Assembly (NCBI RefSeq): GCF_902652985.1
Contig: NC_047030.1
Coordinates: 14,198,001 to 14,262,000 of the forward strand
Direction of reading: 5' to 3'
Origin: Pecten maximus
Taxonomy: Eukaryota
DNA: 64,000 nt
Within the stretch, counting starts at the first letter, position 1; every line of letters begins with the position of its first letter. Of this stretch, positions 1 to 13,990 are shown in pieces. The position numbers and the translations under genes were made by a program. Below the pieces are notes generated by a model. That model had not been told where the DNA came from, did no database searches, and worked only from the letters and a program-made list of their open reading frames with translations.

Positions 1-2024
1 CTTGGCCAATGTATCGTTTTATTGGATCGGAGGTAGAGTGAATTCCTCAGAAACAGGCGTTACCTGGCTGCAAGGTATTGTAAATATGCTAACTTTAGCA
101 CTAATTTTTACCAGTGTTTTAGCCCTTTCTGTCTTGAAAGCACTCCGCTAAATTATGATTGCGTTATAGTAAGTGGTATGCATCCTTATAACAATGATGA
201 GTTCGACAATCAGAACGATTCAAATGTAACTTACAGAGGTATGGCCTTTTATATTTTATGCCATTGGGCCTTGTGAACACGATAACTTAAATAGATATTA
301 ACACTTAAATATATATTAACAGATTTTCATGAGCAGAGGAGTTTAACAATCGATCATATTCAAAATAGAATAGAGAGCTATGGTCCGTTGTATTTTTCAT
401 TGCCATCGGATCAATATTAACAGATTTACATGGAACTTGGTATGCAGTCATATACATTACCTCAGTCTACTTTCAAGATCACAGGTGTCAAATATGTTAA
501 GTCTTAGTTTAAAAGCCAAATTATTTTTTTAAAGTAAAACAAGTACATATCAACTCCGGCGATCGATAAGGCCAAGGTTATCTCTCAATATATCAAAAAC
601 AGTTCCTACGTTCCCTATACATATAATACAAAGTGTAGAATATTACACTGAGGATCAGTCTAAATATATACAGCTTCCGTACCAACCACACTAACTATTC
701 CGGACATTGATTACACACAGATCCAGGTACTGGGTACTCGGCCTTAAGTGAGGACGAACCTCATGGATCTGGGGAACACGGCTGCCTTGTATTAGACCCA
801 GGGAAAGAAGGATGGGCCACGGACGTGTGTGAGGCGGAACTTGAACTCGTCGGGTACATATGTGAATATCCGAGTAGACGTAAGTGGTGGTATAGTATTA
901 CAACTGAGTTAAGCTAACAGGAAATAGTCTGGCAAAGCATTCGCTAATACATATACACTGTTAATATGTAGCCTGATAGACATTCTCCAGAAGTTCATAC
1001 GGATTTTGATTAAAACATTCTTCAGAAGTTCATATGGATTTTGATTAAAACAAGTATTTAATTTTACTCATTTCATTTATTTACAGCATTACAAGCGTTA
1101 CACTCTGGACGTGAACCCGTTCTAAACCTAGGCGTTCAATCAGGGCTTACTTGTTGTAACAAAGCAGGTGAGATATGCCTCATTGGATCTAGATTATTTT
1201 AAACATAACGTTATGATACCAATTATCCTAGAATAGAAATAAAAATCCCCCATAACCCCCCCTTGTATACACAAAATTTATTTAAATACATATGTTTATC
1301 AAATGGAAAATAGAGAAATATCCTCTGATATCATTTTACTTGACAGAACCCTAACTGGAACTGCCAGTTGGGTGACCACATTTGAAAATCACATATCAAT
1401 CTGTTTCTTTCCCTCTTGTGTGAAGTATTTCTTAAACACAACGAATACCGGTCGTTTCTTTAGAGCCAGAATGGTTGTGGTCATAATCTAGGTAGAAATG
1501 GCAATGGAAGTCTGTAAAGTACATTTATCAACCAACTCGGACTATCTTACCTAACATGAAACAATCCGAAACCTAGCACTTCCTTGATTAGTAGGTCAAT
1601 ATAATTCTGATTTTGATACATCTAAAGGGCAATAACCACGGGTCTGTGTCAAATGTTACACTTTGATTTTATTGGTTATACAGTTTTCATCAATCACTTA
1701 TTATTCTGAACGTTTGAGCTTCTCTCAGTCTATCGTCCTCCGCCGTAGTAAATGTTCTAATATGTATTAATAAGATGTCACACGTTTCTTATTTGGTACG
1801 ATATAATTAGATGACAAATTTCGCTGTTTTGTATCTTATGTTGAAAACCCCTATTTTCTCATCAATAGAAACGACATTATTTCAGTTGTTGTATTAAAAT
1901 CAATGCCACATTATTTATATTTTCATACAATAAGATGCTTATTATGCATTTTTCTTTTTCAGGAATTGTCTTTCTTTGTCTCATTACCTCTATCATTACA
2001 CGCCGCCTTGTCGAAGAATTTTAA
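1..2024 (+). CDS. C-type lectin domain protein, 3' part (exons <1-74, 721-879, 1087-1167, 1963-2024), with a hydrophobic C-terminal tail
   Basis: Manual splicing with GT-AG, phase-1 introns (branch point CTAAC at 691) gives LANVSFYWIGGRVNSSETGVTWLQ/DPGTGYSALSEDEPHGSGEHGCLVLDPGKEGWATDVCEAELELVGYICEYPSR/PLQALHSGREPVLNLGVQSGLTCCNKA/GIVFLCLITSIITRRLVEEF*. It has the CTLD hallmarks WIG, EPx, C..W..D.C and YICE. AATAAA at 2072. Not in the ORF track. Confidence 0.85.
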
Positions 2025-2194
2025 TGGACGCTTCGAGTTTTAACTCATTAGTAGTACGGAAGTGAACTGCAAATAAAACTAACAAAAGAAACAAAGAAGA
2101 CTTCCTCTGATTTAGATAAAAGAAAGCTTGCAGTCTACAATGCCAGAAGGAAAAGAAACAACGTTTTTCTCATCGCAATATACAATGGTCATGT

Positions 2195-2340
2195 TACGAC
2201 GTTGTCATCACGTGAGAGATAATGTGACGACGACGTCATCACGTGATAGATACTGTGACGACGGCGTCATCATGTGATAGATACTGTGACGACGGCGTCA
2301 TCACGTGATAGATACTTTGACGACGACGTCATCACATGAT
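2195..2340. repeat. 31-bp minisatellite, about 4.5 copies (CGACGTCATCACGTGATAGATACTGTGACGA)
   Basis: Units start at 2231, 2262, 2293 and so on; directly visible. Confidence 0.85.
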
Positions 2341-3500
2341 GGGCCCAGACAACTCCGCCAAAGATGTTTTTTTCAAAGTCTTCGGCAGAGGATATATAAG
2401 ACAAGACCAACAGTACCTGCTGTCTATAATCTTGTACAAACTATTTCGTCGTACTCCCAGATTTTAACGACGTAAAACTGTGTTGATGAGAGTACACGCG
2501 TCGGTTGTCGCGATATAACTCAATAACATAAAATAGATGTTAATGTTAATGCTTAACATTTAATCTATTCCCTGCCCCCCAAAAAGGCTTTACTGTTGAA
2601 CTCTTTTCTACGCTGCTCCATCCGCCAATCAAAAGCGACGTTATATACGGCGACGTCATTTTTTTTATGTTATGGACTGAAAACTTAAATTTCTAAGTCA
2701 ATGAAAATGAAAATAATTGTTACAAACAAGATTGAATTATTTTAAAATAACAAAATTTTAAGCATGTATGTATTAAAACCTGTTGTCGAAAATATTGCAA
2801 TATATCGGGTGAAAAGATAACATACACTAGACAATTACATTGTACTTTAATCACCAATAAATCTTCTATTCGTGTTGTCACGTGAAGTGTTGCCTTTGTA
2901 AGTAACCTTCAATAGATGTTTATGTACAAGAAATTGTGCAACACTGGGAACCAAACGGAGGGGTTCTCGATGGTTTTTGCTAAAAAAACCAGTTGTTTGA
3001 ATATTATTTCGCTCAGAAGAACCAGAAATTAATTAAAAATGAACCACACAGCATGTTCGTCCTTCTGTAACATATGAGTGATGCACAGGGTCTAAAGTGT
3101 TGGTACCTAGGTGACAGATAACCATTCCAAGATTTGTTTATATACTTTTCTAATTCACTAAAATAGAGTGCGCAGTTTGTACAATAGCGTCCGTGCGAGA
3201 TATAATTGGTACACAGTTTATTTTTTCCCAACGTTTTGGTGCCAACAGGGGTATTTAAAATAATTTTGTAAGTTGTGTTGGTGTATACAAGGTCAATATT
3301 TTTGTGTGCTTTATTAAGTTTTAAGAAACACTCCTTTGTATGTGAATGTGTTAGCATTTAGATAATAATAATTGAAACAATCGATCCACCACTTTCTCAC
3401 TTTAATACGCTCTATAATATATTAAAGTACATTATACCCGGTGACAAAATAATTAGACATGGGTGCACAATGGTAAACAAAATTAATATAAACAGCAGCT

Positions 3501-3740
3501 GGACCAAGGTGTTCAAAGGGTGATTAGCTTAATCACTTGATTAGTGTAAATCTCATGTTTTCTTTACTTCAAATCCTACGTGTATGTGTTCCTAGAAATA
3601 GGCAGGTAAGAAAAGTCTGAAGAATTGTACATGGTTTCTTTTTTAAAAAATGTGAAATTAGTTTAACCAGAATGATTTTATCAGGAATTTAAAATTGCTG
3701 TTAAACTTGGATTAGCCTAATCACTTTTCTGAACTGGGTC
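3501..3740. mobile_element. MITE, probably PIF/Harbinger-like
   Basis: Left end GGACCAAGGTGTTCAAAGGGTGATTAGCTTAATC; reverse complement of the right end GACCCAGTTCAGAAAAGTGATTAGGCTAATC. Imperfect TIRs, non-coding interior. Confidence 0.5.
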
Positions 3741-4089
3741 AAGGTAATTAATTGTACAATATTGCTTCAACATTAAATACATCAAAGTAATTCGTTTAGC
3801 TACAGCATAATACAAAAGTAACAAGTTTGACCAGGGTATCAAAAGTAATAAAGTCCATAAGTAACAAGTGACAACTGCAGCTATATTTCACTATGAGTAA
3901 ATCACATACATCATAAATGGCTAATTTTACACACGTAGTTGGAGAATATATAAGTATAAGACTTATCACATAATTATATGTACGAGAACATACATGTAAG
4001 TGGAAACTCCCCGATTCATTTCTATCGTTTCTTCTCTACACGACACAATAGTGTTATTACACACAGATCTATGACATTTATGACATTAT

Positions 4090-4303
4090 CGGGTGACAAA
4101 GTGGAACACACATGCCTTTTACCAATAAGAACGGGGTTCCATTCTCCCACCGGACGTGAAAAGGTATGGGGTCACCAATCCAATCACGTGGTTTTCTCCG
4201 GTTTCCTCCCACAGCCGGACCCCTTCCACGCTTCCATCAGGGCGAATGATGATACAAATTGACATAACATGTTATAAACCGCTGTAAACTAATAAAATTT
4301 AAA
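4090..4303 (+). mobile_element. Degenerate tRNA-derived SINE
   Basis: Central GGTTTTCTCCGGTTTCCTCCCACA motif typical of mollusc SINE cores, and an A-rich tail. A more decayed relative lies at about 10460-10560. Confidence 0.5.
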
Positions 4304-4833
4304 CAGCAACTCATATCTATGACATGACTGCATTAAATGGTAGAACAGGACATTTATGTGATAAAACAACATGAGGCTTGGTGCGCAAAAAATCAACTTT
4401 GCGACGAGTTACATAAAAACCGTATATGACAGGAAAACAGACCTATTATTTATTACATAACTCAGTAAACTTACATTTTGACGTCACAAAGAATTCTATC
4501 TGGCACAGCCAATAAAAAATGTTTTTTATAATAGTTACTGACATATGTGAAAATATTTCATTGGATAACAGACCGATTATCTGATAAAACCAATACCAAA
4601 ACAAAAGACATGTATATGAAACGGCCTTTACATTAAGTATTTGGTTGTAGTCTCTTCGTGTGTAAAAAAATCACCATTTCATATAGGATTGAAGGCACAA
4701 ATTGACAAATTAGCGATGTTAAGATATGTAAACAAGTCATATTCAGATGAAGTCATATTTAGAAAAGTCATTATAGCTTATAACTTAATTGTTAAAGAAT
4801 CAGCAGGATAGTGTTAGTTTGTTAGTATGTGAT

Positions 4834-5492
4834 TGTAACAGGAGCGTGTCGGGCCCAGTTTGCGTACGTCAAACTGCACCCGACTCGCCCTTGTGGACCA
4901 TCAACCCAGGTTCGATGGGTAACTTGTATCTGTCGTATAGAGAGAGAACAAACGTCTTGAACTACAATTAACCATTTATTAATGACGATATAAACATGTA
5001 CAACATAAAATTACATATAAACACACACCAGCATAGGCCTAGCTATATCTAACATCCTAACCTAAAACCAACCCCCATACCTGTACGACCTAACTAAACC
5101 CAGACATCCCGACTAATACTACCCACCCAAGACCCGAAATACCCTAACGCTACATTAGTACTGGCGAGGAAGACGTGACAGCACACAGGAAACTAATCCA
5201 TCAGACTGCCCAGTATACGATACACCACCCTGATTTTATCCCACTTTTTAACAATACAAAACTATAAGGACCAATCACGACAGACACTGACGAAAAAGCA
5301 AGCGACTACGAACAATGCACGACAAAAACATCGACCAGAGACAGCACACGTGAACAGAGGACTAGCAAAGGTCAAGGGGACACAGGTACACATAGTACAG
5401 ACACAACATATAGGCATGGCATATAGTTAGCGTTAAGCTTAACCCTGTCAGCTTAACCTATCAGTACATATACGATAACATCCCCCGCTACA
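4834..5492 (-). mobile_element. Solo LTR (Gypsy/Ty3-type), 659 bp
   Basis: TG...CA termini with imperfect short inverted ends (TGTAACAGG / rc TGTAGCGGG). Exact 4-bp TSD TGAT at 4830-4833 and 5493-5496. Minus-strand AATAAA at 4975-4980. No internal ORF. Confidence 0.85.
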
Positions 5493-6444
5493 TGATCATG
5501 TAAACCAGCCATTATTACAACAGTAAATCAAATGATAGTTTCATGCGTTTATCGTCCCATGACCTGTCAGGATGACATTGTAATGAACACAAAGCATATA
5601 TATTATTTAGTATTTAAGAACTCGAACACCAGCAGGAAGTTAAACAAAACGAGACAAATTAAATAAAGTACCTATGATAACAACTTTGTATGTAGTCAAC
5701 AAAGGTCATATTAAAAGATTTCCAATATGTTTATAAACTTTTTATATCGATATATCCTGGCTGAGGTAAAGACAGTTAAAAGAAATAACAAATAAACCAA
5801 CATAATAATGAAACCATTTTAAAATCGATAGAATAAAGGCATAATATAAACAATATCGATTTACGTTGAGACTCCAGTAAAAGTAAAAGGATAATTGAAC
5901 CAGATGTTCTGGGAGGGGAAGGTTATTAAAAATATACCAATATAAAATTATACGAATCGAGACAAAACAAATTAACAAACAAAATTGAATAAATAAATAC
6001 ATAACTACTTTATAGGTAGCTCTCATTCGATGTTACTTTTCTGAAAGTCATTTATCTACTATATCAACTTTTTTTAATGCCAACCGCCTGAGGTCACATC
6101 CACCAAATGTAAGTATGTTATGCAGGTAAAAATATTATTGAACAATATGCTCTATATGGTATACTCATTGTCATGAACAATACAAATTTTCCTGTGAAGG
6201 AAAATTATTTGGCTAGGTTAAATCACTTCCATGCAGTAAAAATATATATGCAGTAAATTGTAGTCATGCATGACGTAATAACACCAGATCAAAGGCTAAT
6301 GGTTATAAGATATATCACTTGGCATCACCGAAAGTCCTTGAAGAACAAAACAGCGGTTTGATGTCCTAAACATCACTGACGTGTCCAAGAAGGACAGAAC
6401 AGCTGTACATTGTACATGTATGATGATATCTGATTCCTTTTGGC

Positions 6445-6560
6445 TCTAATGTCTCTTACTTTAATGTATCTAACTCTACTGTTTCTTACTGTACTGTATC
6501 TAACTCTCTACTGTCTCTTACTTTATTGTATCTTACTCTACTGTATCTTACTCTCATTGT
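6445..6560. repeat. Degenerate ~15-bp tandem repeat (TACTGTATCTTACTC)
   Basis: About 7 imperfect copies visible. Confidence 0.7.
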
Positions 6561-7319
6561 GTATTTTGTAAGTTGATACTACCAAATTGTTCAATCCAAT
6601 ATTATGTAAGCATGCATATTATCACACATTACTGCTGAACATAACTTATATCAACTAACAGGTGTATATATTTTTGACTTTCTATATTCAAGTTATAGGT
6701 TATGTCGGTGTACCCATGTCATCACAGGAAGTAATTGACAATAACTTCCCGACAGGACCAAAATCCACTGAATCATGAGATAAGTAAAAGTAGTATGATT
6801 AAAGCTGAATCCACTTCAAACAGATATTATGTGAAGTTCTATGTAGTATATAAAAGGTCTAAACTCATAAATTATGCACCAATCAAATACACGTATACTC
6901 GGGGTTTTCCAGCAATCTAGAAAACCACGGTGTTTCCCGAGTGGGCTGAAATGTCTTGTGTATTGGTAAGAGTAGTTGATATCCATACTAATAAGTTTAA
7001 ACTTATCCTGTTAAGGTCATCAGTAATAATTTCTTAATTATAAGTTTGTATCGCGTTAGCGTCATGCACCGATACTGACTGTGTTGCTTTGAACAAACGT
7101 CTTCCTTGTATAGTTATACCTATAAATCAATCGCCTAATTTAACACAGATCAACTCAAAATACAGTATATGAGATTATTTTTTGTTACGTATTGCCTGTT
7201 AACATAAATGCAATAAGCCAATTGTTAAATTAAATCATCTCTAACAGCAAATCAACATATCATTTAAGGAGAATCATTATGTGAGATGACCTGTCAATTT
7301 GAAAGTTTAACAATGAAAC

Positions 7320-7670
7320 AAGATAACGTCATCACTCAATACATGAGTACCAATATAGGGGAACTATGTTGGAATGTTTTCATGATTTAAAAGAAAATGA
7401 CGTCATCACTCATTACATAATACTAAAGGGAACTTAAACACAAGTAGAACTAGGTTGGAATGCACGTTTTGCTGATTTGAAAAAAAAGGGGGGGGGGGGG
7501 GGGGGGGGGGGGGGCATCAATCATAACATGATAGCGCAAAAACAGATAAAAGTATGTTGTAATGTTAGTTTTGCTGGATTTAAATTATTTTGACGTCATC
7601 ACTCAGAAGATAGTACATAAGGAAGTTTTATCACAGAGCTATGTTGGAATGTTAGTTTTGTTGATTATAT
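7320..7670. repeat. Four diverged ~70-100 bp repeats with TGACGTCATCACTCA heads and a G27 run
   Basis: Recurring (TG)ACGTCATCACTCA ... TATGTTGGAATG motifs; poly-G at 7488-7514. Confidence 0.6.
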
Positions 7671-8503
7671 GCTAAAATTGTACTAAATGCTAAGTCTAAT
7701 AATAAAAAAAACGAATTATGAGTACCGACGGCCGTCCTTCGTTACCATCTGAAAGTGAACCCTGATTGACTTCCTATATTAAGCTATGAATTCTTTAGAA
7801 AAACAAGAGATAAACTGAGAATGCGATATCGACTTTTGTTTCTTAACATACAGAATTAAAAAATAAAAATAAAAAATAACACTCATACACTAACCTGTGC
7901 TACTGTTGCGATGACCCTGTTTCGGTATGCCAGGTATCTCGGTACAGGATGGACATAATTTGGATACAGTTTTCTTCTTATTTCTTTTATAAACAATCAG
8001 ATTAATTCTAAATGTATGTGATTGCTTTTTTTTCAATGAAAAGTATAAGGTGGAAATGAAATAGTAATTTGATTATTAAGCGATTTAGCTCATACTTGTC
8101 GTATAAAGTAGTAAACAGGCTTCCCTTGATTATTTGTACATTTTACTTATAGGAAACCATTGCTTAGACATGTATTGCGTCATCGATATATCATCCCTGT
8201 ATCCGAGGATTTAAATGCTGAGATAGTTATAACGTGGTTTAAAATAAAACAAAACAACATGGCTTTCGCATAATACATCAATTTGGGAAAAAGTAAAGAA
8301 GAACAGAAGATTATGTGAGTTCTTCTTTCACTATGTAGATAAAGAAAAGAAATACTTTTTCCCCATCTCAGCAACGTCACAACTCATAATGCTACAACTA
8401 TACTAATGCTAAAACTTAATGCAGCATAATCATAATAATATTGTGTATCATCTTTTATCATCGGTATCGTGTTTTCGTTTCATCATTGCCTCTCATAATG
8501 TCA

Positions 8504-11500
8504 TTACCTCGGATGGCTGTTAATGGAGGAATTTTGATTGGCCGCCCCGTAAGTGGGCTGATTGGTTTGTAGCAGTGGTCGACGTCCTTCCCTGGTACAT
8601 CTGTAGTGGCTGATCATCCCGTTTCGCATGGTTCTATCCAGGAACACAAACACAATACAGTTGCAGAAAGCCTGCAATCCGTCACAGAAACTCTGCATGT
8701 ATAGGAGGACCTTATCAACGTCATGGAAGGTGGGAAGTTGTTCGTAATAGGTCTTTTGCTTTACCACACTTATGAAGAATCTGGCAGTTCCCCAGACCTT
8801 TAAAACATACGTCAATAGCCACAGGAAAACAAAATTAGCATCCTCCTCCCTCAGACGATTCTCAGTCCTTCGTGGTAAGTCTGATATAGTGTAACCCTAA
8901 GGAATAAGTGAAGGTACGTAATGTAATGTAGGTAAAGACAAGTAAAGTATACTTCATCTTATACAAGTATTCTGTAATAACTATTAATTCCCACTATGTT
9001 TGCGGATAGAAATCTCGATAAACAAATGTCATGCAATTACAAAGTATCGAGAAATTATAGCTCATTTCACATCAAAATTGACAATTTTACCGAATCCTTA
9101 GATTGTGAATCAGTTCCTTTTGAAAAAAGAAATAAAAATGCAAAGAGCTTAATCAAGAAATACATGAAATTTATATCCCCCTACTTTGAAACCTTTTTGA
9201 GAACCAGACATATTCCATAGAGCAGAATCATAAAGCTTTGTTTTATTTATGGTATTAAAATTTGTCTTGGACCTCACTTCGGCATTCAATACAGTAAATT
9301 CGATAAAGATACTTTAGAATAGTAAACATACAATTTGTGTGAATGCTCTACTAAACCGGTTTCTCCGCTTTTAATAACTTTAACAATTTGCATTGGATAA
9401 AGTGTATTCAATAAAAGGGTTACGCCGCTTGTCTATCAAATATTTGCAAGATATATTCAATAAAAGATGTAACCGTGTATGTTATGTTATCAAATGAAAT
9501 CGATAAACTTATTCTTAATAAACTCTTAACTTACTGGAGTTCAGCAAAGTGTATTTAATAGAGGAGATGTTTGACAGAATGTTATTAGTTAAGGGCTTCT
9601 AAACACCATTTTCCATAATGATCTTCAAAGCATATCGGTTATAGTAAATCGTGTGGTACATATCAAGCAGGCAGGTTTCACCAATGTTCGTAAAATAACT
9701 TCTCTATGTTATAGAAGGAAGCGCACACCGATTTCCTTTTCATTGAAGATTTATTAAACAATTTTAATTTCATATTTATTTTTCAACTTATAGTACATAT
9801 CTTAGTCTCACTACACGTATTACTACTGCACCTAAGTTCGTCTAACGACATTAATAGCCTGTTAGATGTCTTAACATGAGTAAGATTAATAATAGCTGAA
9901 TTATGACTTAAATTTCACGTATTTCCAAAGTAATGAAACTGCTTTAGAATGAAGAAGAAAATTATATCAAATGATAGCCCTAGTCCCTTGACGCATTATA
10001 TTCCACGTGAATTTGAGTAGGCATGATTCTTTTGAAGTGGCCATATACATAAATTTGCTGTATGCAAAAATGAAAGAGCAAAATCACACCAACAGAGAAT
10101 GCAATAATGATAATATTATATAAAAAGTGGTTCAATTTGAATCATATTACATTACTATTTCATCTTGTTAGAAATTCAAGTTTAATTTTGTAAACTCATA
10201 AATCAAAGGGTGTAGCTATCTGTTCAGGTAATTATTATCAAAGGGGTTTCTGTAGGGACAATGTATGTGTTATCACTGAATCGTTATGCACATACTCGGT
10301 AGGAAGATACTTTACTTGGTGACATAATACTAGGTCAAGTTGCCAAGGATGACAGGAGCAAGGTAACAGGTGTGACAATGACAGTAGACATTGTTTATGA
10401 TAAGGATCAACTATAGAATACAACAGTATCCAGTCATATAAATGGTGGAGCAAGAATTATAATGTATGTGCCTGTATTCTCCAATCAGAAGGTTATGGGT
10501 CACCTGCCTGGCCATGTGTGGGGGTTTGGTCTAGTACTCAGGTTTCTCAATTCTTCCGAAATGAATAGAATTTACATGTATCCTACTAGATATATACACC
10601 GGTTGACCTAGATAGCTCTGAGCGACACAGTGTGTATGATCAATTTCCCTTTGACTGGCTGTCGCTGTGTTTGTGTTAGCCTATCAAATGTCATGGCAGG
10701 CTTTCGTTTCCAGTAATTTAATTTTTCCTTGAAATGGGGCTGACATCCCTCTGTTCTGAAGTATTGTAAAAACAAAGCACACGCTTTAACAACTGGATAT
10801 CCAAGAAATCTTCATTTCCAATAACCGATACAAATTCTACGAATCAAAGTTTAGATAAATAATCGAGGTTTAAGAGTTTGCTTTACAGTCCAGACTATTG
10901 ATTGCTTTTCATATTATTAAATGAAAACAACTCCGACAAAATCAACATCCCGTTTATTACATAGTCCACATTAGTGTCACACTTTTTTGTTGATGAATAT
11001 ACTCATTGTTCACAGCGATTCTTCATTGAACATGATAATCTTTCTTTTTGTGCCCACTATACCTCATTGTGATTACTGATTCATCACTGTGCTACTTATT
11101 CATCAATGTTCTTATTAATTCCTTATTTTGCTTACTTATTCCTGATTGTATTAATCAATTCCTCCTTGTTCCTTTTAATTCCTCACTGTTCTTATATGTA
11201 ATAATTTATCTGTTCAAAACATCAGATCCGTTATCTAACAGAAACTACAAAAATGCTATTTTACTACAATATTTAGTTTGAAGGAACTTCAACAAAAATG
11301 TTCAGTATACACCCTCCCACTCTGACTCCTAATTTTCTATGAGCCCAAAAAATCGGATGTTTTGGACATAATGCAATACACAGCCGAGCTTCTCTTCCTG
11401 AAAATATTAGCCTGATCACTGGTTGGCCACAGGAAGACCCAAATTGGCACTCCTCCATTTAATCCTCACAATAGCAGTATAATTGTCAATCAGGAACAAT

Positions 11501-13145
11501 ATGATATAAATGTATGTATTTGGTATCTTTTTACTATTAATTTAACAAATAAACAAAACCCTGAATCGTGACAGACACGTGTATCTAAAACGTTTATCTA
11601 TAAAAATCTTAAGTTAACTATACATGAAATTATATATGAATTAAGTTATAGTTGTAATATATTCTATAACTTTCATTTTAATGGCCACAATCTAATTCCT
11701 TAAATTCCATGTTCAATTCGCAATTTGACACCGTAGAGCTCTCACTTTCTATTTATTTCCATTTATAGAATTGTGTGGCAACTGGGGCAAATGAGAAATA
11801 TCAGTCCTGTGTTTAGAAACGATACAGTATCATCAGTTTACCTAAACTGTCTCTTTAGCATTTTAACATAACTATTGAAGTTAATGATATATTTATATCT
11901 GAAACTTACCCTTCGACGGAGGTAGAATATGAGTAGGACAAAGGTCACCATACTTGTGGTGTAGATGATCATGTCCCATCCTTTCCCTGCGATAGCCATC
12001 CATTTATATGGCAAATCGGCGTCTTCTAAACACACCTTGATCCAACACCAAGGGCCGGTTCCGATACTGAAGTTTTCCCCCAGCATATTTTTCGACAGAG
12101 CAGCCAACGTGATGGCCCCTGAATATACAAGTTATATTGATTCCAAATGTTGTATGTCATGCAGAAACAGAACGGAATATTTGATTGTTTATAATATAAT
12201 TGTAGAGTTAACTTGTACTTAAGACAACTGAAGCAGTATTGGAAATGGCTATAAAACTTATCTGCAATGGTAGAATCAAGCAAACTTTCAAGGTTCAACA
12301 TTAGGCAGTATCAGAATCGAGAAATACTATACTCAAGGTTGAATTGTCGGTACTATTATAATATGCCATATTTTGATTGAAGATTTAACTGAAAGAAATA
12401 CTCAATGTTCAACATATTTACTTTACTGTAAGTAATAAAACAATAGGACTTCGATATGATGCTGAACAAAAAATAACTGAATATAATGTTTTGATCAAGT
12501 GTGAAATGGGGTCAGTGAGTTAACCCCGCTTAAGAACGTTCAATAAACTCTGTAATGCTTTGATTCCCATGGTAACTTTTAAATTAAGGAATTTCCTTAT
12601 GTTAAAGAACGTTAATGAAATCGGGGCCTGGAACATCCATTGAGCCTACCTGGAAGACCCCAACATATGATATGGGCCTTGAGTTCATTCCAAGGTCTTT
12701 CAGGATCTTCAACTGCACAAGTAGGCCGAAGACTAACGATGAGGTGGGCGCCGATTACTAGCGTCCAGAAGAAGGACGCCATTCCCGAGAATGTGGTGAT
12801 CATGCTTTGGGCTACACAGATTTCATCCGGAAATTTACATAAATGTTCGTGTTCGTCGAAAGAGATAGTCCGTGAATGCTGATGAATGAGGGCGTACCTT
12901 ACCGTTCCTATCAGGATACCTGAGGCAGTCATGATGTCGGCGACAGTTAGGTACATCAACAAGCGACGAGTTTGTCTGATCCGAGCGTTACGGACATCAA
13001 CATTGTACGTCAAAAATATAATGGTAGCCCCAATGATGGATAGACAACTACTTACTCCAGATAGGGAAAGAGCCACACTGTCCAGGAGAAGACGTGATGC
13101 AGGTCCTAAGGGCGTTATCGATGTCGTGGTATTGTTAAAATTCAT
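8504..13145 (-). CDS. GPR157: GPR157-like / cAMP-receptor-like 7TM GPCR, 365 aa (exons 13145-12650, 12118-11910, 8896-8504)
   Basis: Three ORF-track fragments join with canonical GT-AG and matching phases (496+209+393=1098 nt). Family motifs: SSCLSIIG (TM1), LLMYLTVAD (TM2), CVAQS...SFFWT (TM3), HIICWGLP (TM4), WCWI, GKGWD (TM5), QSFCDGLQAFCNCIVFVF (TM7). Orthology to vertebrate GPR157 itself is not established. Confidence 0.88.
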
Positions 13146-13258
13146 TTTGAACCAATATGCTGCAGTTGCTCTCCCTCAACTACAGTCGAACATAGATCTG
13201 GTTTGTTGAAATACGAAAAGGATATGAGGCCTTGTTTACACTTGGGATTTACACAGGT

Positions 13259-13411
13259 TATTTATAGAACCGCAAAAGATAACCTTCACAACTTAAAAAG
13301 GAGATAGTATGCCTCTCGTACCGAGACTGTTTACAAAATGAAGTGATATAAGTGGATGACTGTGTATAATCAGCTAAGGGACTTCACCGTAAACAAAACG
13401 AAAGTGAAAGC
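13259..13411 (-). promoter_or_regulatory. Putative GPCR promoter: TATA box plus IRF/ISRE-like site
   Basis: TATAAATA on the minus strand at 13259-13266, about 115 bp upstream of the ATG. AAAACGAAAGTGAAAGC at 13395-13411. Motif match only. Confidence 0.45.
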
Positions 13412-13800
13412 ACATATTCTTAGTAATCAAGAATCATCACACACATACATATATACAACCTATGAGGCATCGTTTATGAGGTTAAGCGGTAGAAAGTATT
13501 AACGGCTGACTAGTTACCTCCAATAAAGAGGAACAAAACATAGACTGATTTAGTTTTAACCATATTTTATTTCAAATTCAAAGTCATACATTTCAGCATA
13601 TTAATAATATAAGGATTCAGAAAAAAAATATTAGAATACTTATATAAATCTGTCTCCTTAGTACAGACAGGCTGGTGACAAACACTTAGACTCATTTCGC
13701 TTCAGATATCACAATAATCCTAGATCACAACATTATAAAGATTCAGTTCGAACGAATTCACACATGAAAATGATCAATGGATGTCAGCTCCGGTGATGAC

Positions 13801-13990
13801 ATAGAGGTTACACAACGAGTGGTTGTTGGATATGGAATTTATTTCACATGAGTAAGTTATTTTTTAAAAGTTGCAAAAGACACGAGCTTTAGCGAGTGTT
13901 TTTTGCAACTTTTAAAAAATAACTTACGAGTGTGAAATAAATTCCATATCCAACAATTTCGAGTCGTGTGACCTATTTCTACCACAATAA
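13801..13990 (+). mobile_element. Long terminal hairpin of a non-autonomous Crypton-like element (fragment)
   Basis: ~80-bp inverted arms (13801-13976) around ACGAGCTTTAGCGAGT, the same loop architecture as the hairpin of the recombinase-encoding element at 20481-20630. Confidence 0.6.

Noticed and set aside
3013-3357. 114-aa minus-strand ORF, and other short AT-rich ORFs at 5742, 11048, 44524 and 49308
   Set aside because: No motifs, low-complexity composition and no supporting splice structure; likely chance.
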